A stretch of 61,459 nt of DNA from a virus (taxonomy: Duplodnaviria; Caudoviricetes): IMG/VR virus record IMGVR_UViG_3300032299_000267, positions 1 through 61,459 of that record, one strand, 5' to 3'. Under the pieces are notes generated by a model that was given only the letters and a program-made list of their open reading frames with translations, searched no databases and was not told where the DNA came from. A program made the position numbers and the translations under genes. The stretch's first letter is position 1, and each line of letters begins with the position of its first letter. Shown here piece after piece: positions 55,219 through 61,459 of the stretch.

Positions 55219-55518
55219 TTAATTAAGTTCTAAAGCGTGTTGCTGCGGGTTTAATAAATGATTTGTGAAATACAGTCTGCATGTATAGCAGTCCGCATGT
55301 AATCCGCTAACTTGGTCAACTGCGAATTGTGTTTCCTGCCTGCCATAATATGCGTCTGTAAAATCAAGCGTTGCGTTTGGCAACTTCCAGTAGTCGCGCA
55401 TGAAGGCGTTGAGGTCGGCGGCTTCGCGGTCGTCAAGTCCAGAATAGTCACCGACGAAAAGCGCGGGTAAATAGTGCGCGGCAAGTGTCAATTCGTGATA
55501 GTCGTTAAGTAATGGCAT
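55219..55518 (-). CDS. Early hypothetical protein
   Basis: AGGAG RBS; LPALFVGDYSGLDDRE. Confidence 0.7.
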   Translation of the reverse strand: MPLLNDYHELTLAAHYLPALFVGDYSGLDDREAADLNAFMRDYWKLPNATLDFTDAYYGRQETQFAVDQVSGLHADCYTCRLYFTNHLLNPQQHALELN

Positions 55519-55521
55519 GGT

Positions 55522-55722
55522 TTAAACTCCTGCTAGGTGCGCGAAGCTGCGCGGGGTTGATTGTTCGATTTGGATTGAATAACCCAGAGCGGCGATAGTG
55601 TCGAGCGCGTGTCTAGTCAGCGTCTTAGTCCCTGCCAGTTTTGCCAGTAAGCGGCTCTGGTCACAACTAGGGTATGCAGTCTCGATACCATAATTTTTTT
55701 CGATGCGGATAGTTATTTTCAT
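55522..55722 (-). CDS. Early hypothetical protein
   Basis: KNYG...YP.C...LAKLAGTKTLT...LGY. Confidence 0.7.
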   Translation of the reverse strand: MKITIRIEKNYGIETAYPSCDQSRLLAKLAGTKTLTRHALDTIAALGYSIQIEQSTPRSFAHLAGV

Positions 55723-55733
55723 TTTATTAACCC

Positions 55734-56066
55734 TTAAAATTGAACGTAAACAATAGTGCCTGAATTTGTAGTGCCAATAACTGTCGTTTCATCCTGTAAA
55801 TAATTCATAACAGTTTCGACAGTAGTAACTTCGTCAATACACTCTGATATGTCGATGCTGTAATTTGCAGCTATATCCTCGCAATAATTTTCAGATAATT
55901 CGCAGCAAAGGGCGATCACGTCGAGTTCATACTCCTCACCTAAATCGCGCTCTTGATCTTCCAAGTAATCGAATATCAGTTCGAGCGCTTCGTAACTGAA
56001 CTGATCTTCCCTGCCAGCGCGCACAAAAGCATCGCGGAAGCCATAAATGGATATAGTTGTTTTCAT
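55734..56066 (-). CDS. Acidic early protein
   Basis: FSYEAL..IFDYL...ELDVIALCCE; AGGAGATCACATC RBS module. Confidence 0.7.
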   Translation of the reverse strand: MKTTISIYGFRDAFVRAGREDQFSYEALELIFDYLEDQERDLGEEYELDVIALCCELSENYCEDIAANYSIDISECIDEVTTVETVMNYLQDETTVIGTTNSGTIVYVQF

Positions 56067-56237
56067 GATGTGATCTCCTAATTAGATTGATAAAAGCAAA
56101 AACAAAAACAGCCAAAAAATAAAGAATCCGGCTATGCCTGCCAGTATTTCGTTAACCATTGTCACTCCCCTAAAAGTGGTTTGATTATCGAGTGATAATC
56201 CGCTAGCAGACTGAAACAATCCACTAGCAGGTGTCAC

Positions 56238-56402
56238 TCAATAACTAAATTCATCTTCTAGGCTAGTGATTAACCCGTCGAAGTCCTCAGAGCTACCGAG
56301 TATTGATGCAAGCGCGTAAACAGTCTCGCGGTCGTATTCCTCGCAAAGGCTCTCAAGGTATGCGCGGCGGTTCTCAAATCCGTTTTCTTTGTAAATGTTC
56401 AT
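56238..56402 (-). CDS. Small early protein (54 aa, below cutoff)
   Basis: MNIYKENGFENRRAYLESL...LGSSEDFDGLITSLED; AAGGAGATCACAGC RBS. Confidence 0.7.
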   Translation of the reverse strand: MNIYKENGFENRRAYLESLCEEYDRETVYALASILGSSEDFDGLITSLEDEFSY

Positions 56403-56414
56403 GCTGTGATCTCC

Positions 56415-56603
56415 TTAGATAATGAAAGCGGGATGGTTAGCTATGCCAAAGATAGGCGCGTATTCCAGTAAAGCGGCGCGGCTTTTCTTAGTCATTGCAG
56501 CGCGAATAAGGCTAGATAAGGCTTGAGCTATGTTTTGCTCGTATCCGCCTAGCTTGTGCATGATGCAAAGATTCTGTATTTCTCGCAGTTCTGATTTATT
56601 CAT
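56415..56603 (-). CDS. Small early protein
   Basis: 62 aa; AGGAGATCACATC RBS. Confidence 0.7.
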   Translation of the reverse strand: MNKSELREIQNLCIMHKLGGYEQNIAQALSSLIRAAMTKKSRAALLEYAPIFGIANHPAFII

Positions 56604-56652
56604 GATGTGATCTCCTGAGTTAATGCACTAATGAATGAAGTGCATGAGTGAT

Positions 56653-56688
56653 AGATTAGCACTTCAATGCACTATGTCAAGTGTTTTT
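56653..56688 (-). promoter_or_regulatory. Early promoter; AAAAACACTTGACA also present at 55207-55220
   Basis: TTGACA-16-TAATCT on the - strand; identical 14-bp UP/-35 segment duplicated. Confidence 0.55.
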
Positions 56689-56813
56689 ATATATTGTATT
56701 CATGATATATTTAAATCAACTGCCAGGTTTTAATAGGTTTTGACTATTCTGGTGATGTTCCTGTATATTCGGGGCAATTCGGCGCGTCGCGCGCGGCAGC
56801 TAAACGGTGCAAT

Positions 56814-57545
56814 ATGAAAACAATCAGTAGGAAACAGGCAAGGGAAGCTATACAGACTAAAGGGCTAGAAGGTGCGCTTCACTTAGGGAAAACAAACCTA
56901 ACAGCCAAACAGAGACGCTTTGCAGAGGGGATAGTATTAGAGGGTCTTACTGGTGCGGATGCTTACCGGCAGGCATATGACACAAAGGGCAGACCGCAAA
57001 TCGCAGGTGTTGAAGCACATAAGCTTAAGACTAACCCTAAGGTTGCCAATGTGATGGAAGCACTAGAGCGGGCGAAAGAGGCGAGCGCATCGCATTCCGC
57101 CGAATCTTTGAGGGCATTGTGCGTTAGTACGTTGGTTGACGTTGCCACCAACTCGGATCGTGATGCTGTGCGCGTTGCTGCGGTTCGTGTACTTGGTTCG
57201 GTTGTAGGCGTTGATGCGTATCGGGAGACTAAGCGCATAGAGACTGTCAAAGATAGCGACGAGATAAAGCAGCAAATCATGGCGCAACTCAAAGGGATGA
57301 TGCTAGGTACTGACGACGCCGTTACAGTTGACGCCACAGATCTGCTCGCCGAGCTTGCCGGTGACGCAAATCAGCCATGCTTAGACCCCACCGCACCCCC
57401 ACCATGCCAATCTGACAACGGGACTCCGGCTGACTCTATACATACTATTCCACTCGAACAGTCCGGTGATTTTTCAGAAGACCCCCCCTTACCTTTAGAT
57501 TCATCCACCCCCCAGGGGGATATATTTTTGGAAAAAGGAAAATAG
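56814..57545 (+). CDS. terS: Terminase small subunit
   Basis: LTAKQRRFAE...ADAYRQAY...L.TNPKV; upstream of terL. Confidence 0.8.
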   Translation: MKTISRKQAREAIQTKGLEGALHLGKTNLTAKQRRFAEGIVLEGLTGADAYRQAYDTKGRPQIAGVEAHKLKTNPKVANVMEALERAKEASASHSAESLRALCVSTLVDVATNSDRDAVRVAAVRVLGSVVGVDAYRETKRIETVKDSDEIKQQIMAQLKGMMLGTDDAVTVDATDLLAELAGDANQPCLDPTAPPPCQSDNGTPADSIHTIPLEQSGDFSEDPPLPLDSSTPQGDIFLEKGK

Positions 57546-57555
57546 TTATCAAACG

Positions 57556-57581
57556 GGTATCTGTAAATTCTTACAGATACC
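57556..57581. promoter_or_regulatory. 26-bp palindrome containing CTGT-N8-ACAG (copy 2)
   Basis: Identical to 44125-44150; 20 bp upstream of the LexA-like gene. Confidence 0.75.
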
Positions 57582-57601
57582 CTGTTGACAACATTTACAA
57601 A

Positions 57602-57904
57602 ATGGCAGATCTTTTGATAAATCGGGACATGACGGCGAAGAGGAAAGATTTGTCGTATGAGGAGTGTATGGAGGTAGCTATGACGCCTGCGCAACGTGAG
57701 GTGTTTTTGTGTATAGACGAGTGGTGGAAGAAGTATGGGTTTGGGCCTTCTATACGGGATATATGTGATGTGAGGGGTAAGACTGGTATGGGGAATACGT
57801 CTGACATCATAAATAGGCTGGTCAAGCTTGGCGTGCTGAAAAAGGTTAAGGGCGCGGGCAGGAGTGTGAGACCGGTGTATATAAACTTTAGGACGCTGGA
57901 ATAA
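57602..57904 (+). CDS. LexA N-terminal-like winged-HTH protein (no peptidase domain)
   Basis: MTPAQREVFLCI..WWKKYGFGPSIRDI...RLVKLGVL...RSVR. Confidence 0.75.
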   Translation: MADLLINRDMTAKRKDLSYEECMEVAMTPAQREVFLCIDEWWKKYGFGPSIRDICDVRGKTGMGNTSDIINRLVKLGVLKKVKGAGRSVRPVYINFRTLE

Positions 57905-57910
57905 CCTGAG

Positions 57911-58117
57911 ATGAATAAGCTATCAGATAGAGAACTGTTACTGGAAGCGTTCGAGCTTCTATATACCATTTACAGAAATCAGAATGGCACAAGGTATAAA
58001 AGAGATATCAGTGTTTACCCTACGCTATCAAGAATTAAAAATCGATTGGAAGAAACTATGAATAATGGGTATAGTCCGGCTGAAGAAAGAAAGAAGGCGA
58101 ACGGGCAGTGGACTTAA
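57911..58117 (+). CDS. Hypothetical protein
   Basis: 68 aa between the LexA-like gene and terL. Confidence 0.55.
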   Translation: MNKLSDRELLLEAFELLYTIYRNQNGTRYKRDISVYPTLSRIKNRLEETMNNGYSPAEERKKANGQWT

Positions 58118-59583
58118 GTGAACTGATAGGAAAGCTTCCTGCCAACGAGCAGGAGAAATTACTGGAGCAGGTGAGCCAGTATAAGGATGCTGTCACGCGG
58201 GAGAAAGCGCAAAAGTCGTTCATGGCGTTCGTGCATGAAATGTGGCCTGGGTTTATACACGGCAGGCATCATGCTCTTATGGCAAAGAAGTTTGAGGAGA
58301 TAGCTGAGGGTAAGTTAAAGAGGCTGATCATCAACATGCCGCCGCGACATACCAAATCAGAGTTTGCTAGTTACTTACTGCCGAGTTGGTTCTTGGGGAA
58401 GTACCCAAATAAGAAAGTAATCCAGACATCTAACACGGCGGAATTAGCTGTGGGGTTTGGTAGGAAGGTTAGGAACTTAGTTGATAGCGACCAGTATTCG
58501 AAAATCTTCCCAGGGGTCGGTCTCCGTGCGGATTCCAAGGCGGCGGGGCGTTGGGCAACTAGCCACGGCGGGGATTATTTTGCTATCGGTGTTGGCGGTA
58601 CCGTTACTGGTAAGGGTGCTGACCTACTAATAATAGATGACCCGCACTCGGAACAAGAGGCGAAGTTAGCTCAGGGTGATCCGACGGTATTTGACAGTGT
58701 GTACGAGTGGTATACATCTGGCCCGCGTCAGCGTTTGCAACCAGGTGGCGCAATTATTGTCGTGATGACACGCTGGTCGGATAAAGATCTGACTGGCAAG
58801 GTGTTGAAAAGTGACGCGACAGACTGGGAAGTGATAGAACTGCCAGCGATTTTGCCCTCTGGCAACAGTTTGTGGCCTGAATTCTGGCCGCTAGAAGAAT
58901 TAGAGGCGTTAAAAGAGGAACTTCCGCCCTATAAATGGAACGCTCAGTACCAGCAGCAGCCTACGGGCGAAGAAGGTGCGCTGGTAAAGCGGGAATGGTG
59001 GAAGAGATGGGACGGAAATAGAGCGCCGCCCTGCGAATTTATCATCCAAAGCTGGGATACGGCGTTCACAAAAAGCCAGAGGGCTGACTATTCTGCGTGT
59101 ACAACATGGGGCGTGTTCTACAAAGACGAGAATGAGAGCGATGTAAACATCATTTTGCTTGATTCGTGGAAGGATAAGCTGGAATTTCCTGAATTAAAGG
59201 CAAAAGCTAAGGAAATGTACGACGAATGGGAGCCTGATGCTTGCATTATTGAGGCAAAAGCAGCCGGGGCACCGCTGATATTTGAGTTACGAAGGATGGG
59301 TGTGTACGTACAAGACTACACACCAACTAGAGGTAACGATAAGTTCGTGCGATTGAACAGTGTTACTGACTTATTTTCATCTGGCAAGGTTTGGGCACCA
59401 GAAACTAGGTGGGCGGACGAGGTTATCGAAGAAATGGCACGGTTCCCGAACGCGGAACACGATGACTTGGTCGATAGCACGGTGCAAGCCCTTATGAGAT
59501 TTAGGCAAGGCGGATTTTTGCGGCTTGATTCCGACGAAGAAGACGATCCTATCGAATTCCGTCGCAAGCGCGTTTACTACTAA
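58108..59583 (+). CDS. terL: Terminase large subunit
   Basis: MPPRHTKS (Walker A), LLIIDDP (Walker B), YQQQP, SWDTA, HDDLVDS. Confidence 0.95.
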   Translation: MDLSELIGKLPANEQEKLLEQVSQYKDAVTREKAQKSFMAFVHEMWPGFIHGRHHALMAKKFEEIAEGKLKRLIINMPPRHTKSEFASYLLPSWFLGKYPNKKVIQTSNTAELAVGFGRKVRNLVDSDQYSKIFPGVGLRADSKAAGRWATSHGGDYFAIGVGGTVTGKGADLLIIDDPHSEQEAKLAQGDPTVFDSVYEWYTSGPRQRLQPGGAIIVVMTRWSDKDLTGKVLKSDATDWEVIELPAILPSGNSLWPEFWPLEELEALKEELPPYKWNAQYQQQPTGEEGALVKREWWKRWDGNRAPPCEFIIQSWDTAFTKSQRADYSACTTWGVFYKDENESDVNIILLDSWKDKLEFPELKAKAKEMYDEWEPDACIIEAKAAGAPLIFELRRMGVYVQDYTPTRGNDKFVRLNSVTDLFSSGKVWAPETRWADEVIEEMARFPNAEHDDLVDSTVQALMRFRQGGFLRLDSDEEDDPIEFRRKRVYY

Positions 59584-59591
59584 GGACTACT

Positions 59592-61459
59592 ATGGCGACA
59601 AATTTTGACAAAGCTCTCTACCAAGCCCCACAAGGACTAGATTCTACTGAGGATATGGATGGGATTGAGATTGAGATTGAAGATCCTGAGTCTGTATCTA
59701 TAGGACTAGGTGATTTAGAGATTGATATCGAGCCAGAGCGGGAGTCGACCGACGATTTTGACGCCAATCTAGCCGAATACATGGATGAGGGCGAGTTGCA
59801 GGAGTTGGCTGGTGACTTGCTGTCTGACTTTGATGACGATATCGACGCCCGCAAAGACTGGATGCAGACGTATGTCGATGGCTTAGAACTATTGGGGATG
59901 AAAATTGAAGAACGATCAGAACCATGGGAAGGTGCATGTGGCGTTTATCATCCGCTGCTATCTGAGGCTCTTGTCAAGTTCCAAGCCGAGACGATTATGG
60001 AGACATTCCCAGCTGCGGGGCCAGTTAAAACTAAGATTATTGGTAAGGAAACACCTGCGAAGAAGGAAGCTGCTGAACGTGTGCAAGATGACATGAATTA
60101 TCAGCTCACCGAAGTCATGGTTGAGTACCGTCCAGAGCATGAGCGTATGGCATGGGGCTTAGGCCTATCAGGCAATGCATTTAAGAAGGTGTACTTTGAT
60201 CCTAGTCTAAATAGACAGGTGGCTTTGTTTATTCCGGCTGAAGATGTGGTCGTTCCTTATGGCGCTTCTAATCTAGAGACAGCCAACCGTATGACCCATG
60301 TCATGCGCAAGACCAAGAATGATCTGCGCCGCTTGATGGTGGCTGGGTTCTATAAAGATGTCGACCTGCCGGAGCCACAGAATACGTTAGACGATGTAGA
60401 AAAGAAGATTGCGGAGCGTATGGGGTTCCGCGCTACGTCGGACGATAGATATAAATTGTTAGAAATGCAGGTATATCTAGATCTGCCAGGCTATGAGGAT
60501 AAAGATGAAAAGGGCAAGAAGACTGGTATTGGTCTCCCATACATTGTAACTATCGAAAAAAATTCTCAAGAGATTTTAGCTATCAGAAGGAACTGGCACC
60601 CTGATGATGAGACATGTCAAAAGAGGAACCACTTTGTACACTACCCATATATCCCCGGCTTTGGCTTCTATGCATTCGGTCTTATCCATCTTATTGGTGC
60701 TTTTGCTAAGTCTGGTACTTCTATCATTCGTCAGCTGGTTGATGCTGGCACTTTATCGAATCTGCCTGGCGGTCTTAAGACTAAGGGGATGCGGGTCAAG
60801 GGTGATGACACTCCAATTTCTCCCGGCGAGTTCCGAGATGTGGACGTTGCCTCCGGCACGATCAGGGACAATATTCTCCCGCTTCCGTACAAAGAGCCAA
60901 GCCAAGTCCTCCTAGCTTTAATGAACCAGATCGTTGACGAAGGTCGACGGTTTGCTGGCGCGGCAGATTTGAAGATTGCAGATATGTCGTCCAACTCCCC
61001 AGTTGGCACAACACTGGCCATTCTAGAGAGAACACTCAAGGTAATGTCAGCAGTTCAGGCGCGTGTTCACTACGCGATGAAGCAAGAATTAAAACTGCTG
61101 AAAGAAATTATTGCTGACTACACGCCGGAAGAGTATGAGTACGAGCCGGTTCAAGGTTCGCGCCGCGCCAAGAAATCTGACTATGACTTAGTAGATGTAA
61201 TTCCAGTCTCCGATCCTAACGCTGCCACTATGGCGCAAAAGGTTGTCCAGTATCAGGCCGTTATGCAAATGGCGCAGGCCAATCCGCAGATCTATGACTT
61301 GGTGGAATTGAATCGCCAGATGCTGGAAGTCTTAGGCATTAAGAACATTGGCAAGCTGGTGCCGAGCGCAGAAGACTTTAAGCCTAAAGACCCAGTTCAA
61401 GAAAACATGAATGTTCTTAATGGCAAACCCGTTAAGGCGTTTATCTATCAGGATCATGA
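59592..61459 (+). CDS. Portal protein, N-terminal part (about 823 aa across the join to 727)
   Basis: Absent from the ORF track because it has no stop before the window end. AAGGA RBS; PWEGACGVYHPLL, GNAFKKVYFD, DAGTLSNLPGG; follows terL. Confidence 0.9.
   Translation, partial: MATNFDKALYQAPQGLDSTEDMDGIEIEIEDPESVSIGLGDLEIDIEPERESTDDFDANLAEYMDEGELQELAGDLLSDFDDDIDARKDWMQTYVDGLELLGMKIEERSEPWEGACGVYHPLLSEALVKFQAETIMETFPAAGPVKTKIIGKETPAKKEAAERVQDDMNYQLTEVMVEYRPEHERMAWGLGLSGNAFKKVYFDPSLNRQVALFIPAEDVVVPYGASNLETANRMTHVMRKTKNDLRRLMVAGFYKDVDLPEPQNTLDDVEKKIAERMGFRATSDDRYKLLEMQVYLDLPGYEDKDEKGKKTGIGLPYIVTIEKNSQEILAIRRNWHPDDETCQKRNHFVHYPYIPGFGFYAFGLIHLIGAFAKSGTSIIRQLVDAGTLSNLPGGLKTKGMRVKGDDTPISPGEFRDVDVASGTIRDNILPLPYKEPSQVLLALMNQIVDEGRRFAGAADLKIADMSSNSPVGTTLAILERTLKVMSAVQARVHYAMKQELKLLKEIIADYTPEEYEYEPVQGSRRAKKSDYDLVDVIPVSDPNAATMAQKVVQYQAVMQMAQANPQIYDLVELNRQMLEVLGIKNIGKLVPSAEDFKPKDPVQENMNVLNGKPVKAFIYQDH
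61337..61459. repeat. 123-bp exact terminal duplication (copy 2)
   Basis: Identical to 1-123. Confidence 0.97.

Overview
The window is an apparently complete, circularly permuted ~61.3 kb tailed dsDNA phage genome with a podovirus-like layout. Bases 1-123 are repeated exactly at 61337-61459, and the portal gene runs across that join. The + strand (56.8 kb through the join to 33.1 kb) carries terminases, portal, GroES-like protein, scaffold, major capsid, small low-complexity proteins sharing a 'GG' motif, tail and fibre genes, lysozyme and large ejection proteins. The - strand at 33-44 kb carries a deoxy/branched-sugar and glycosyltransferase cluster plus recombination genes. The + strand at 44-54 kb carries a phosphoesterase, an acidic protein, ParB-like protein, helicase and primase. 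The - strand at 54-56.6 kb carries small early genes with repeated RBS modules. No DNA polymerase, integrase or tRNA was recognised. The standout locus is 46.8-48.5 kb: a stand-alone RAMP (Cas7/Csm3-like) gene, then a 513-bp non-coding array of GGY-NN pentamers cut by GGCA tetramers into about 10 distinct units, then a partner gene. This looks like a compact non-CRISPR RNA-guided system. Other notable signals are a candidate trans-acting sRNA antisense to the early-gene Shine-Dalgarno repeats, a duplicated palindrome containing an SOS box, two pseudoknotted RNA candidates, and a possible virion-glycosylation pathway. All protein calls are by eye from motifs; no searches were run.
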